A stretch of 64,000 bases of DNA from Reclinomonas americana ATCC 50394 (taxonomy: Eukaryota): contig PS015010.1 in NCBI GenBank assembly GCA_048213135.1, forward strand, positions 1,302,001 through 1,366,000. Direction: 5' to 3'. The position numbers and the translations under genes were made by a program. Of the stretch, positions 1 to 10,972 are shown piece after piece; position 1 is the first letter of the stretch, and each line of letters begins with the position of its first letter. The notes under the pieces were generated by a model. That model did no database searches and was not told the DNA's origin. It worked only from the letters and a program-made list of their open reading frames with translations.

Positions 1-359
1 TTATGGCAGGTGGCGCACTGCAAGGCATCGATACCGATGGCGGACTCTGGTACGAGTACGACAGAACAGACAACAACTACAATTACGAAAAACACTGGTG
101 GCCGCAGGCGGAAGCCATGGTTGGCTTTTTCAATGCCTGGCAGGTAAGCGGTAATGAAGCCTGGCTCTGGTGTTCAAGACAAAGTTGGGATTTTATACAG
201 CGGTATATCCGCGACCAGGCAAACGGTGAATGGTTCTGGGGTATCGATGAAAAAGGCCAGCCCATGGAAAAAGAAAAAGCCGGGTTCTGGAAATGCCCTT
301 ACCACAACGGCAGGGCCTGCATCGAGATCAGCAAACGCATTTCAAATTTATTATCCTGA
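1..359 (+). CDS. AGE-family epimerase (cellobiose/N-acylglucosamine 2-epimerase), C-terminal part, truncated by window edge
   Basis: EKHWWPQAEAMVG, GEWFWG and WKCPYHNGRAC motifs typical of cellobiose 2-epimerase C-termini. Confidence 0.85.
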   Translation, partial: MAGGALQGIDTDGGLWYEYDRTDNNYNYEKHWWPQAEAMVGFFNAWQVSGNEAWLWCSRQSWDFIQRYIRDQANGEWFWGIDEKGQPMEKEKAGFWKCPYHNGRACIEISKRISNLLS

Positions 360-380
360 TCTGTAACATAAACTTTTCCG

Positions 381-1037
381 ATGAAAAAAATATCGCTATT
401 ATTATTGTTCGTTATGATCCTTACTGGTATGACTCCCGCGAAAAGAAAAAAAGTGATCTTCTTCGGTGACTCCATCACGCAGATGGGTGTTAACGCCGGG
501 GGCTATATCGACCAGGTACAAAAAGCATTGGAGAAAAATAACGACCAGCGATACGAACTGACCGGGGCTGGTATTGGCGGCAATAAAGTGTACGACCTCT
601 ACCTTAGATTAGAAGAGGATGTACTCGAAAAAAAGCCCGATATTGTTTTCATATACATCGGCATCAATGATGTGTGGCATAAGACCTCGGGCATTGGAAC
701 GGATATTGAAAAGTACGAACGTTTTTATGTCGCCATCATCAAAAAACTGCAGGCCAGTAAAGTGAAAGTGGTACTGTGTACACCTTCGGTGATCGGGGAA
801 AAGAAAAATGGCGCCAACCCGCAGGATAAGGACCTAGACGCCTATGCTGCCGTGATCCGCCGCCTCGCACAAACCTATACTTGTGCGCTGGCAGACCTGA
901 GAGCCGCTTTTATTGCGTACGAGAACGCGAATAACACCACCGACAGCGAATCGGGCATATTAACTACAGACAGGGTGCATCTTAATGAAAAAGGGAACGG
1001 GCTTGTGGCGGCAGAAGTATTGAAAGTGCTGCAATAA
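381..1037 (+). CDS. SGNH/GDSL-family esterase, secreted
   Basis: FFGDSIT, GIGG, GINDV and DRVH blocks; N-terminal signal peptide. Confidence 0.9.
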   Translation: MKKISLLLLFVMILTGMTPAKRKKVIFFGDSITQMGVNAGGYIDQVQKALEKNNDQRYELTGAGIGGNKVYDLYLRLEEDVLEKKPDIVFIYIGINDVWHKTSGIGTDIEKYERFYVAIIKKLQASKVKVVLCTPSVIGEKKNGANPQDKDLDAYAAVIRRLAQTYTCALADLRAAFIAYENANNTTDSESGILTTDRVHLNEKGNGLVAAEVLKVLQ

Positions 1038-1055
1038 TATCTATACGGGAAACTT

Positions 1056-2297
1056 ATGAAGTATCTGAAAGTACTGTACATACAGGTTTTGATCGGCATT
1101 GCGCTGGGCGCACTGGTGGGCTGGTTGTTCCCGGGATTCCATCCTACGGCTAAACTCATCAGCGAAACGTTCATTAATATGATCCGCATGGTGATCGCAC
1201 CGGTCATCTTTTTCACCATCGTTTCCGGTATAGCGGGAGCAGGCGATATGAAGAAGGTAGGCCGCGTTGGCGTAAAAGCGCTCATTTATTTTGAAGTGAT
1301 CACCACGCTGGCACTTATTATTGGACTGGTAACCGCCAATCTGGTAAAACCCGGTGCCGGCGTTTCTTTTACAGTCGCCACTGCCGATGCCAAAGTAACG
1401 GAAATCAGCAAACAGGCGCATGACTTCAACTGGGCGGAATTCTTCACCCATATTGTTCCCACCAACATCGTAGATGCATTTGCCAAAGGCGATATACTGC
1501 AAATCCTTTTTTTCAGTGTGCTGTTTGCTATTGGACTGAAGATGATGGGCGATACAGGCAAAAGTTTACTTGGCTCATTTGAAAAGATCAACCAGGTACT
1601 GTTCAACGTACTGAAGATGATCATGAAACTGAGCCCCATTGGCGCTTTCGGTGGTATGGCCTTTACCATCGGTAAATTCGGGTTCTCTACTTTTTATGTA
1701 CTGGGCAAACTATTATGTACATTCTACCTCACCGGTATACTATTCATTTTTGTTGTGCTGAACCTTGTGTGCAGGTATTACGGTATCAGCCTGTGGAAAC
1801 TGCTCGGTTATATCAGGGAAGAGATACTTGTGGTACTGGGCGCCAGCAGCAGCGAAGCCGTTCTTCCATCCGTTATGCAGAAACTTACGCATGCAGGTTG
1901 TGAAAAAGAAGTGGTAGGGCTGGTCATTCCTACCGGCTACAGTTTCAACCTCGACGGCACCACCATCTACCTCAGCATGAGTATTATCTTCCTGGCACAG
2001 GTATTCCATATCGACCTCTCTCTTGGCCAGCAATTGTCTATAATAGGCATTTTGTTGCTCACCAGTAAAGGGGCCGCGGGTGTTACCGGCAGTGGCTTTA
2101 TCGTGCTGGCCTCTACCCTTACCGCCATCAAAGTGATACCCGTGGAAGGACTGGCACTGCTCATTGGCGTGGATCGCTTCATGAGCGAAGGACGGGCCAT
2201 CATCAATTTCATCGGCAATACCGTTGCCACCGTGGTAATCGCCAAAAGTGAAAACGAGATTGATATGGAGCGGTATCGACAAGTAGTGGAAAAATAA
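1056..2297 (+). CDS. dctA: dicarboxylate/amino acid:cation symporter (DAACS, DctA/GltP-like)
   Basis: LYIQVLIGI, ASSSEAVLP, VIPTGYSFNLDGT, GVDRFMSEGRA motifs. Confidence 0.85.
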   Translation: MKYLKVLYIQVLIGIALGALVGWLFPGFHPTAKLISETFINMIRMVIAPVIFFTIVSGIAGAGDMKKVGRVGVKALIYFEVITTLALIIGLVTANLVKPGAGVSFTVATADAKVTEISKQAHDFNWAEFFTHIVPTNIVDAFAKGDILQILFFSVLFAIGLKMMGDTGKSLLGSFEKINQVLFNVLKMIMKLSPIGAFGGMAFTIGKFGFSTFYVLGKLLCTFYLTGILFIFVVLNLVCRYYGISLWKLLGYIREEILVVLGASSSEAVLPSVMQKLTHAGCEKEVVGLVIPTGYSFNLDGTTIYLSMSIIFLAQVFHIDLSLGQQLSIIGILLLTSKGAAGVTGSGFIVLASTLTAIKVIPVEGLALLIGVDRFMSEGRAIINFIGNTVATVVIAKSENEIDMERYRQVVEK

Positions 2298-2430
2298 TTA
2301 CAAATTACGAATGCCTTTGGTTGCAGAGAATCCCTTTCATCAGAATGTCTTCAATGATTTATGAATACGGTGAGATCAGGGCACGCATAGCTATAGCCCA
2401 CCCGTAATTCGTAATTTGTAATTCGTAATT
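2296..2430. repeat. AATTACG heptamer array, inverted arm pair
   Basis: aattacaaattacgaat (2296-2312) is the exact reverse complement of 2407-2423, inside cgtaatt-cgtaatt-tgtaatt-cgtaatt (2403-2430); left arm overlaps the dctA TAA. Confidence 0.9.
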
Positions 2431-2467
2431 AATCGAGAACTATTACTTTTACGGAAAACTCCCAGGC

Positions 2468-3151
2468 ATGGACGTAAAAATGGAAGCAACATGGAAAGAA
2501 GTGCTGAAAGATGAATTTTCCAAACCCTACTTCCAGCAGATCGTTACTTTTCTTAAAACGGAGAGAGCTGCGGGAAAGACAATTTATCCACCTGGTCCGC
2601 TCATCTTTAACGCTTTCAATCAAACCCCTTTTCCGAAAACCAAAGTGGTGATACTGGGACAGGACCCCTATCATGGTGCCGGGCAGGCACACGGACTCAG
2701 TTTTTCTGTACAGAACGGCGTAACGCCGCCTCCTTCATTAAAGAATATTTTTAAAGAGATACAATCCGATATCGGCATTGCTATGCCACAGGAATACGGC
2801 AACCTTACCAAATGGGCCGAACAGGGCGTACTGCTGCTGAACGCGGCCTTAACCGTAAGGGCCAACGAACCCTTCAGCCATGCCAAGATTGGCTGGGCGG
2901 AATTTACCGATGCGGTTATACAAAAAGTATCCGATGAAAAAGAAGGCGTGGTATTCCTGCTATGGGGTAAATTTGCACAGGACAAGCAACAGTTGATCGA
3001 CGAGACCAAACATACGGTACTGAAAGCCGCACACCCCTCTCCTTTTTCCGCCGACAAAGGTTTTTTCGGGTGCAAACATTTTTCAAAGACAAACGACATC
3101 CTTGTTAAACAGGGATCACAGCCGATCGACTGGAAACTGCTGACGCCTTAA
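2468..3151 (+). CDS. ung: uracil-DNA glycosylase
   Basis: GQDPYH, GVLLLN, HPSP motifs. Confidence 0.97.
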   Translation: MDVKMEATWKEVLKDEFSKPYFQQIVTFLKTERAAGKTIYPPGPLIFNAFNQTPFPKTKVVILGQDPYHGAGQAHGLSFSVQNGVTPPPSLKNIFKEIQSDIGIAMPQEYGNLTKWAEQGVLLLNAALTVRANEPFSHAKIGWAEFTDAVIQKVSDEKEGVVFLLWGKFAQDKQQLIDETKHTVLKAAHPSPFSADKGFFGCKHFSKTNDILVKQGSQPIDWKLLTP

Positions 3152-3158
3152 ACACAAC

Positions 3159-3893
3159 ATGAACCTGCTGAAAAACATATTCGCGAGGATATGGGCCTTC
3201 TGGGCCCTGGTCACTTTTATCATCACCTTCCTCATCTTCTTCCTGCCCTCTATGGCCACCCGTTTTTTTCGTGAACCCGAAGGACAGCGTTATTTCATCA
3301 ATATCTCACGGTGGTGGATGAATGTATGGCTCTTACTGGTGGGATGCCCGGTAAAAGTGATGGGACGTTCAAATTTTGCAAAAGGAGCAACCTATGTGGT
3401 GGTATTCAACCACAACGCGTTTATGGATGTGCCCCTCTCAGCCCCTTATGTGCCCGGCGCCAACAAAACCATCGCAAAAAAATCATTCACCAGTATCCCG
3501 CTCTTCGGTTTATTCTATGCTAAAGGTGCTGTGCTGGTAGACAGGAGTAATGACAAAAGCAGGGGTAAGAGTTTTGAGGATATGAAGAAAGTGCTGGCCA
3601 CGGGCATGCATATGTGCATCTACCCCGAAGGCACCCGCAACCGTACTTCCGAACCGCTGAAATCCTTTTACGACGGTGCTTTCAAGCTGGCTGTCGATTC
3701 AGGAAAATCCATTATTCCCTGCGTGATCTCCGGTACAAAGAAAGCCATGCCCATCACCAAAACCTTTTACCTGTTACCCACAAGGCTGAGGATGAATTTT
3801 ATGCCACCGGTATCTTCTGCCGGTAAAACAGTAGCGCAATTGAAAGACGAAGTATTTGTGCTGATGAGAGATTTTTATGTCAGGGAGAACTAA
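3159..3893 (+). CDS. lysophospholipid/1-acylglycerol-3-phosphate acyltransferase (PlsC family)
   Basis: NHxxxxD (NHNAFMD) and YPEGTR motifs. Confidence 0.9.
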   Translation: MNLLKNIFARIWAFWALVTFIITFLIFFLPSMATRFFREPEGQRYFINISRWWMNVWLLLVGCPVKVMGRSNFAKGATYVVVFNHNAFMDVPLSAPYVPGANKTIAKKSFTSIPLFGLFYAKGAVLVDRSNDKSRGKSFEDMKKVLATGMHMCIYPEGTRNRTSEPLKSFYDGAFKLAVDSGKSIIPCVISGTKKAMPITKTFYLLPTRLRMNFMPPVSSAGKTVAQLKDEVFVLMRDFYVREN

Positions 3894-3961
3894 AAATTTA
3901 CTATTGACAATTGACAGCGCACAACTGCAGCCGTTCCTGTTTTTAATTTTGGCTTTTGAAT

Positions 3962-6700
3962 TTACAAATCGTAGAAATATCGTGTCCGGTTCACTTTCAG
4001 GTCACGCAGCAGCCCTGATTTGGGACTGATGCTGATATTGAAGAAGCGGTATTTGCCCACCGGCGAAATATTGATGGCCATCTGCCAGCAGTGCATCTCG
4101 CGGCTCAGGTACATGCTCAGCGATCCCAGTTCCTTTGTGGTGATGTTATAATACGCGTTCATACCCAGCTGCCATTTGGGCGTAAGGTTCAGCGTACCGT
4201 TCCAGTTCACATTTTGCGAAATGAATGTCTCCATACCCGTATAATCATACTTCCGCTGTTTGGTGAGGGAAAGTGAATAGGAAAGACTGATACTCCACGG
4301 AATATTGAAGTTGGCAAACTCCCCGGGGTTATTGCGGATATAGGCGGCTTCCTGCTCGTATTCGTCAAGCGGCAAACCAGACACAGGGTTTACCTGGTTA
4401 AGTAGTTGCGAATTGGTGGCATTCTGTGGCAGTTTTTCTTTTTTGTCGCCTCCCTGGAACTGCGTTTGTACGGCAACGTTAGCACTTACCATACGCCCCA
4501 GTGAAATAGGTCTTTTGGAAGCCCATACCAGTTTATCTATCCGTTCTCCCCTGCTGTTGACGATATAGGGATCGAGAATGGCGCCAGCCGTAATGTTCAC
4601 TTTATCGAAAAGGTTGGTACGAGCCGCCACATTAAATACGCTCAGCTGGAAAGAGTCCGCCAGGAAATTATAACTGCCGTTAATACTCAGCCCATCCAGC
4701 AGTGTTATTTTTCTAATGGAGGCCTCGCCTGTATCCTTACGGCTGCGCACTTTCATCTGCAGGTTATTCTCCAGGCCAAAGCTGATACCGCCGAATTTGC
4801 CCTCGCCAAAACCTCCGTACACGCTGCCGTCGTAGTAAGAATAACGGGAAACTGTATTAAAAGTATCACTCTGGCTGCTGTACCAGCTCTTCCGGTTCAT
4901 ATCGGGCTTGTAACTAACGGAAACGGTTGGACGCAATTCATGGCGGATGGCCTGTACCTTATTGCGCTTATTAAAAGTGAACAAACCGAAGATGCGGGTG
5001 CTGATGCCTAAACCAAACTGCATTTCCCTGGCCGCGTAGAATCCTTTATTGACAACGGTGTCGAGTTTTTTATCCGCGGCATTCCAGCTGTAGCGGGTCT
5101 TTTTCTGGAACCAGCGTTCCTGGTAAGTAACGGTAGGCCCCAGCTGGAAATTACCCAGTTGCGGCAGGGAAAGTGTCAGCGGCACATTATGATTGGCGCC
5201 CCATTGGAATTTATCCGCCAGTTGATTAAAGAAATTGCCGGTGGTGTCATAAAAACTGGTGAGTCCGCGTACATTACTGTTGAGGGCAATACCCAGGTTC
5301 TCGTACCACTTGTATTCGCCTACTACCTCCTTGCGGCGGAAGGGATACAGCGTATTTACGTTAAAAGCGATATCGGGTAAATTGATATTGACCAGTTTGC
5401 TGTTCGTATTCTGGTTGTGGTTGGCACTGATGGTCACATTATAGGGCTTATCCTTCCATACCTTAGCCCAGGTAATAGACGAACTCATCTGGTTCTGGAA
5501 GTTACGGGCGGGGCTGTTGGGCACCTGCGAGTTGAAACGGCTGCTGCCGGCATTTACATTGGCATTAAAAGTAACCCCAGGCCTGGCCTTGGTATCGGCA
5601 GTATGCGACCACCGGAGATTAAAACTGCGGCTGCCCTGGTTATCCAGATCACGGAAATGCTGTATGTCGAAAGCAAGATTGCCCTGGTACCGGTATCGTT
5701 TAAAATACCGGGGGCTCACGCTGGCCGTCCATCCGCCGTAAGAGTAAAGGGTTCCGCGGAGGATTACATCCCAGCGATCGTTGATCACCTTATAATAACC
5801 CAGGCCTTCCAGCGCAAGCCCCAGTTGTTCATTCGCCGTAAAAGTGGGCGCCAGCAAACCGGAGTGCCGTCCTCTCTTCATCGGGTAAATGCCAAAGGGC
5901 AGGTAAATGGGAATGGGTACACCTTCCACTTCGGGGTGCACCGGCCCGGTATAGGCCATCTTCTGGTTAACGAATTTGATGCGTTTGCTTACAAAAGCAA
6001 AGTGAGGCGTATCCAGGTTACAGGTAGTGAAACGGCCACGCAGGGCGTAAAAAATATCCGGGTCTGTTTTCTTGATCCTTTCCGCGTAAATGAACAATTC
6101 ATCCTGCTGGGTATAGGTTCCCTTGGTAAGACCTTTACGCGTTTTCATATTGAACCGCATTTCATCACTCACCGTTTTCAGGTTTCCCTGTGTAAATGCC
6201 GGGAAGGCGATCACGTTGCCATTGCTGTCGCGGACCAGTGTGGCGCTCACGATGCTGGTCTTCTGATCAAACTCAATAAAGGGCGCTACCAGTTCATTGT
6301 CGTCAAATTTGACCATGGACTGTTTCCCGTATAACAATATTTTCTTTCCCGGTACGTCTAGTATCATGGAATCATCGGCATGATAAAAAACAGGGGATGT
6401 GAGTGAGTCTTTGGAAGCACGGTAGGTAAGCGTATCTACTTTCTTCACCGGCACCGTATCCCTGGCAACTTTAACGGTAGTAGTTACCGGCTGCCTTCTG
6501 ACGAGGCCGCTGTCTGTTTTAGGTTTACCGGCCGCAGCGGGTGGCACCGGGTTCACCGGAACCGTATCTGCCGTTAAAGAACTGTGAAAAAAGGGATGGT
6601 GGGAAACAGATGCATTACTATACAACGTTATAGCCAATATCAGTAACGTGCATACCCATACCGATATGTATTTTGCCTTACCTTTGTACAGTTGGTTCAT
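3962..6700 (-). CDS. lptD: putative LPS-assembly outer membrane protein, LptD-like (Bacteroidota type)
   Basis: ~910 aa, signal peptide, FTTC motif, aromatic-rich beta-barrel region, SREMHCWQM near C-terminus; divergent from amidase-mlaD. Confidence 0.75.
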   Translation of the reverse strand: MNQLYKGKAKYISVWVCTLLILAITLYSNASVSHHPFFHSSLTADTVPVNPVPPAAAGKPKTDSGLVRRQPVTTTVKVARDTVPVKKVDTLTYRASKDSLTSPVFYHADDSMILDVPGKKILLYGKQSMVKFDDNELVAPFIEFDQKTSIVSATLVRDSNGNVIAFPAFTQGNLKTVSDEMRFNMKTRKGLTKGTYTQQDELFIYAERIKKTDPDIFYALRGRFTTCNLDTPHFAFVSKRIKFVNQKMAYTGPVHPEVEGVPIPIYLPFGIYPMKRGRHSGLLAPTFTANEQLGLALEGLGYYKVINDRWDVILRGTLYSYGGWTASVSPRYFKRYRYQGNLAFDIQHFRDLDNQGSRSFNLRWSHTADTKARPGVTFNANVNAGSSRFNSQVPNSPARNFQNQMSSSITWAKVWKDKPYNVTISANHNQNTNSKLVNINLPDIAFNVNTLYPFRRKEVVGEYKWYENLGIALNSNVRGLTSFYDTTGNFFNQLADKFQWGANHNVPLTLSLPQLGNFQLGPTVTYQERWFQKKTRYSWNAADKKLDTVVNKGFYAAREMQFGLGISTRIFGLFTFNKRNKVQAIRHELRPTVSVSYKPDMNRKSWYSSQSDTFNTVSRYSYYDGSVYGGFGEGKFGGISFGLENNLQMKVRSRKDTGEASIRKITLLDGLSINGSYNFLADSFQLSVFNVAARTNLFDKVNITAGAILDPYIVNSRGERIDKLVWASKRPISLGRMVSANVAVQTQFQGGDKKEKLPQNATNSQLLNQVNPVSGLPLDEYEQEAAYIRNNPGEFANFNIPWSISLSYSLSLTKQRKYDYTGMETFISQNVNWNGTLNLTPKWQLGMNAYYNITTKELGSLSMYLSREMHCWQMAINISPVGKYRFFNISISPKSGLLRDLKVNRTRYFYDL

Positions 6701-6801
6701 AGTTGTGCATCGCAAAAATATGCCATTCATACCGATTAGTCATCGGCAGAATATTGTAAAAAATTGTTTAATTGCTAACCCCCGTTAAAGAAGATCAAAA
6801 T

Positions 6802-8172
6802 ATGCTGAAGAACAAAGTACTGTTTGTATTTCTTTTTGCTGCTTCGCATTTGTTAATGTTTTCTTCCGCTGCCGCCCAAACCCCAACCTCCAAAAGAATC
6901 AAAACGATCATTGTAGATGCCGGGCATGGTGGTTCAAAGGACCCGGGTGCTATTGGCCAGTACGAGAATTCCCTGCGTTCCAAAGAAAAGGATGTTACAC
7001 TCGCCATTTCGCTCAAACTGGTGGCCGAACTCAAGAAAAGACTCCCCGACATTAATATAGTCCCCACCCGTACGACGGATATTTACCAGTCACCCACCGA
7101 AAAAGCGAATATCGCCAACCAGAATAAAGGCGACCTTTTTCTTTGTATACATGCCGACAGCGGCCCGCTGAAACAGGGGCGCCGCCAGGTAGGCACTCGT
7201 ATGGTAACCCGGTATAAAGTGACCTATAAAGGCAAGGGTAAGAAAAAGAAAAAAATATCCACCCCATACGAGGTGGAGGAACCCGTATACGAATATTTCA
7301 AAATACCGCTCACCCGCAAGGGCACCAGTGTTTGGATATTCGCCCCGCACAAGACCAGCGCCAAACTGAAAGCTATTATGGATGGTGGTGAAGACTTTGA
7401 GATAGAGACCGGCGGAGTGGATTCCACCACCAACAATTTTGACTTTAACACCCCCGAGGGCAGGATCATTGCCAATATATATGCCCAGCGTTTTCAGCAG
7501 CGCAGCGATAAACTGGCCACCCTGGTGAACAATGAAGTGGAGACAACCGGCCGCCCCGCATTGGGTGTGAACCAGCGCCAGGTAGGCATATGGGTGCTGC
7601 AGGCCACCAACATGCCGGCCATACTGGTAGAGACGGGCTTCATCAACAACCCCGAAGATGAACGCTACCTCAACAGCGAGGACGGACAACAGGAACTGGC
7701 GGAAACCATCGCCAAAGCTGTTGTAAAATACCGCAACCAGATAGAACAGAATACCGGCGGCAATAACAACGCTGTACCTGCCGGGGGCGACAAAAACCGG
7801 GAAGAAAAATCCACACCCCCACCCGCTTATGAAAGCCGGGTAACCAAAGATGTAAAAACGCTGCAGGTACACAGTGATAAGATAAAAGTGGATATTTACG
7901 ACGACGGAGAGATCGACAATGACATGGTTACCGTATATTTCAATAAGAAATTACTGGTTGAAAAAAAGTCACTCACCGCTAAACCGGTCAGTTTGGCTTT
8001 AGATTTGATTGAGGGTAAAACGAATGAGCTGGTGCTGTTTGCCGATAACCTGGGTGATATTCCGCCTAATACGGCACTGATGGTGATCACCGATGGCACT
8101 ACCCGTCACGAAGTTCGCCTGTCAGCCGATATGAAGACGAACGCGTCCATTCGTTTCGAACTGAAAAAATAA
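6802..8172 (+). CDS. N-acetylmuramoyl-L-alanine amidase (Amidase_3) with basic insert and extra C-terminal domain
   Basis: IVDAGHGG, EKDVTL, CIHAD, ILVETGF zinc/catalytic motifs; signal peptide. Confidence 0.9.
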   Translation: MLKNKVLFVFLFAASHLLMFSSAAAQTPTSKRIKTIIVDAGHGGSKDPGAIGQYENSLRSKEKDVTLAISLKLVAELKKRLPDINIVPTRTTDIYQSPTEKANIANQNKGDLFLCIHADSGPLKQGRRQVGTRMVTRYKVTYKGKGKKKKKISTPYEVEEPVYEYFKIPLTRKGTSVWIFAPHKTSAKLKAIMDGGEDFEIETGGVDSTTNNFDFNTPEGRIIANIYAQRFQQRSDKLATLVNNEVETTGRPALGVNQRQVGIWVLQATNMPAILVETGFINNPEDERYLNSEDGQQELAETIAKAVVKYRNQIEQNTGGNNNAVPAGGDKNREEKSTPPPAYESRVTKDVKTLQVHSDKIKVDIYDDGEIDNDMVTVYFNKKLLVEKKSLTAKPVSLALDLIEGKTNELVLFADNLGDIPPNTALMVITDGTTRHEVRLSADMKTNASIRFELKK

Positions 8173-8238
8173 CCGATAAAACAAGACGGATCAACCCTTT
8201 GCTCTACCCGGCAACGGCCCACTGGTTCGCCCACCAAC

Positions 8239-9258
8239 ATGAAAATAGCTAACGAAACCAAAATTGGCATCATTGGAGTAGTAGCAGTAGCGATACTGAT
8301 ACTGGGCTTTAACTTTCTTAAAGGCAAATCCCTTTTCAGCAAAAGCCACAGTGTTTTCGCGAAATATCACAATGTGCAGGGGCTTGCCAACTCAAACCCC
8401 GTGCTCATTAACGGCATGCAGGTCGGCACGGTATACAGCATTACGCCTACAGACAAGAACATGAAAGAGATCCTGGTGAACATCAACCTCACCAAGGATG
8501 TGAACATACCCATCAATTCCGTTGCAGTGATCAAACCCAGCCTGCTTGGTACCACCAGCATCGATATCAAACTCGGCGACGCCCCCACTTATATCGGCAA
8601 GAACGACACCATTATGACCGACGCTTCACCCGGCGTATTCAATGAAGCGCTGGCTAAAGTAGATCCCGTGCTGTACCAGGTAACCAAAGCGGTAAAATCC
8701 ATCGATTCTGTACTGGTTGCTGTCAACAGCATTCTTGACCCCAACGCCAAGAACAACATCAGCCAGATGCTGGGCAATCTCAATAAAACCACCGCCAACC
8801 TGGTGGGTACTTCCGCCTCATTGCAGGAGCTGCTGAATACACAGACCGGCGCCCTGGCCAAAACATTGAATAACCTGAACGCGTTTACCACCAATCTGAA
8901 CGGCAATAACGAAAAGATCAACAGCATGCTGGGCAACCTCGATAAAACATCGGCCAACCTGGCGGCCCTTGACCTGAAAGCCACTCTGGCAAAAATAGAC
9001 GCGGCCATGAGCGACCTGAAAGGCATCGTAGGTAAAGTAAACAGCAATAATGGCACGCTGGGCCTGCTGCTCAACGATACCAAACTGTATAACAACCTTA
9101 CCGCCACTACCAATAAACTGAACCTCCTGATCGACGACCTGAAGACCAATCCCAAGCGGTACATCTCGCTGTCTATTTTCGGGAAAAAGAATACCAGCCC
9201 GGGTTTGAGCGTTCCATTACCAGATACGGTGAATGCGCCTTACCTGCCTAAAAAGTAA
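8239..9258 (+). CDS. MlaD/MCE-family protein
   Basis: N-terminal TM anchor, GLANSNPVLINGMQVG, SLLG motif, long helical tail ending DLKTNPKRYI. Confidence 0.9.
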   Translation: MKIANETKIGIIGVVAVAILILGFNFLKGKSLFSKSHSVFAKYHNVQGLANSNPVLINGMQVGTVYSITPTDKNMKEILVNINLTKDVNIPINSVAVIKPSLLGTTSIDIKLGDAPTYIGKNDTIMTDASPGVFNEALAKVDPVLYQVTKAVKSIDSVLVAVNSILDPNAKNNISQMLGNLNKTTANLVGTSASLQELLNTQTGALAKTLNNLNAFTTNLNGNNEKINSMLGNLDKTSANLAALDLKATLAKIDAAMSDLKGIVGKVNSNNGTLGLLLNDTKLYNNLTATTNKLNLLIDDLKTNPKRYISLSIFGKKNTSPGLSVPLPDTVNAPYLPKK

Positions 9259-9317
9259 TTTTACCATTCCGTTATAAAATAATTACGCAATTTGCAGCAA
9301 ATAAAAAACGACCGCTT

Positions 9318-10958
9318 TTGCGATTTACATTTACGATCCGCTTTTTTATCATCGCCTGTTTATTATTGCTGGGCCGCGATATGCACGCACAGCAACAGAT
9401 CGTAATTAACCGCTCCTCTCCTTCCGGCGACAGCATACGCACCATACAGATCATACAGGGACGAAGCCTGCGCCAGAAACAGGTGGACTCGCTTACGCTG
9501 ATTGAAACCATTGCCGGCAATGTGATCATCAAAGAAGGGCTCACCACATTTTACTGCGACAGTGCCGTGATCAACCGCAGGACGAATATTGTGGAGGCTT
9601 TCGGCAATATCCATATCAACGATAATGACAGCATTCACACCTATGCGCAATACCTGCGTTATGTGGGCAACGAACGGGTGGCCTACCTGCAGAAGAATGT
9701 AAAGCTGACCGATAAGAAAGGCGTATTATTGACCGATGAACTGGTGTATAACCTGCGCACGGGTATTGCCACGTACAAGAATGGCGGCAAAATAACCAAC
9801 GAAAAAACAGTACTCACCAGCGAAGAAGCACAGTACATCGCTGATACCAAAGACGTTTATTTTAAGAGGAACGTGCACCTGAAAGATCCTGACCGCGATA
9901 TCTGGACCGACAGCCTGTTGTATAATCTCAACACCGGCATCGCCACGTTTATCGCCCCCACACATATTGTGGGTAAAGACGGCAGCATTATCGATACCAA
10001 AAGCGGCACTTATAATATGAAGACCGGCGAAGCCATCTTCTATGACCGTACGGCTTTCAGTGACAGCACGCATTCCGGCATCGCTGATAAAGTAGCATAC
10101 GATAAAAATTCCGGCACTATACAAATGGAAGGCAATGCCAAACTGGTTGACAGCGCCAACCAGGTGATCGTGCTGGGTAACCAGATATTCCTCGACACCA
10201 AGCGCAACTCCTTCCTTGCCACCCGTAAACCTGTGATGATCATTTACCGTGATGGCGACAGTACCTATATCGCGGCGGACACCTTATTCTCCGGCCTGCG
10301 CAAATACGACAGCCTGGAACGTAAAGTGATCACGCAAACCGATACGTTGAACCGCCCGCTGGCCATCAATGCCAATAAATCGGCGGATACATCTATCCGC
10401 TATTTTATGGGCTTCCATCATGTCCGCATATTCAACGATTCCTTACAAGCCGTAAGTGATAGTCTCCACTACTCCACTTCAGATTCCACCTTCAAACTCT
10501 TCGGGCAGCCCATTGTATGGAATGGCAACAGCCAGGTAACCGGAGACACCTTATATATGTTTACCGAACGGCAGAAACCCAAACGATTGTATGTTTTTTA
10601 CAACAGCATCATCATCAATAAAACCACCGACGGATTATATAACCAGATCGGCGGAAGAACGCTGAACGCTTATTTTAAAGAGGGGCAGATAGATTATGTA
10701 AGAATAAAAGGGACGCCTGCGGAAAGTGTATTCTACCCGCAGGATGACGACAGCGCCTATATTGGCATGAACCGCACCAGTGGCGACCTGATCGATATTT
10801 ACTTCGTGAATAAGGAACTGAACAAAGTGAAGTTCATCAATAATGTCGACGGCGTACTGTATCCCATGCAGCAAACACCCGACGAACAAAAAACGCTGAA
10901 GAATTTTAAATGGTTAGAGGCGAAGAGACCGAAGAATAAGCTGGAACTGTTCGAATAA
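9318..10958 (+). CDS. OstA/LptA-like beta-jellyroll protein
   Basis: YCDSA, EAFGNIHI and repeated DSL/DTL jellyroll units; adjacent to lptD/mlaD. Confidence 0.8.
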   Translation: MRFTFTIRFFIIACLLLLGRDMHAQQQIVINRSSPSGDSIRTIQIIQGRSLRQKQVDSLTLIETIAGNVIIKEGLTTFYCDSAVINRRTNIVEAFGNIHINDNDSIHTYAQYLRYVGNERVAYLQKNVKLTDKKGVLLTDELVYNLRTGIATYKNGGKITNEKTVLTSEEAQYIADTKDVYFKRNVHLKDPDRDIWTDSLLYNLNTGIATFIAPTHIVGKDGSIIDTKSGTYNMKTGEAIFYDRTAFSDSTHSGIADKVAYDKNSGTIQMEGNAKLVDSANQVIVLGNQIFLDTKRNSFLATRKPVMIIYRDGDSTYIAADTLFSGLRKYDSLERKVITQTDTLNRPLAINANKSADTSIRYFMGFHHVRIFNDSLQAVSDSLHYSTSDSTFKLFGQPIVWNGNSQVTGDTLYMFTERQKPKRLYVFYNSIIINKTTDGLYNQIGGRTLNAYFKEGQIDYVRIKGTPAESVFYPQDDDSAYIGMNRTSGDLIDIYFVNKELNKVKFINNVDGVLYPMQQTPDEQKTLKNFKWLEAKRPKNKLELFE

Positions 10959-10972
10959 AAGCAGTTAAAAAT

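Noticed and set aside
5417-6334. Long antisense ORFs (e.g. 5417-6334, 7090-7872, 43596-44447, 56581-57333, 57699-58373)
   Set aside because: They are shadow frames opposite well-supported genes and have no recognisable motifs.
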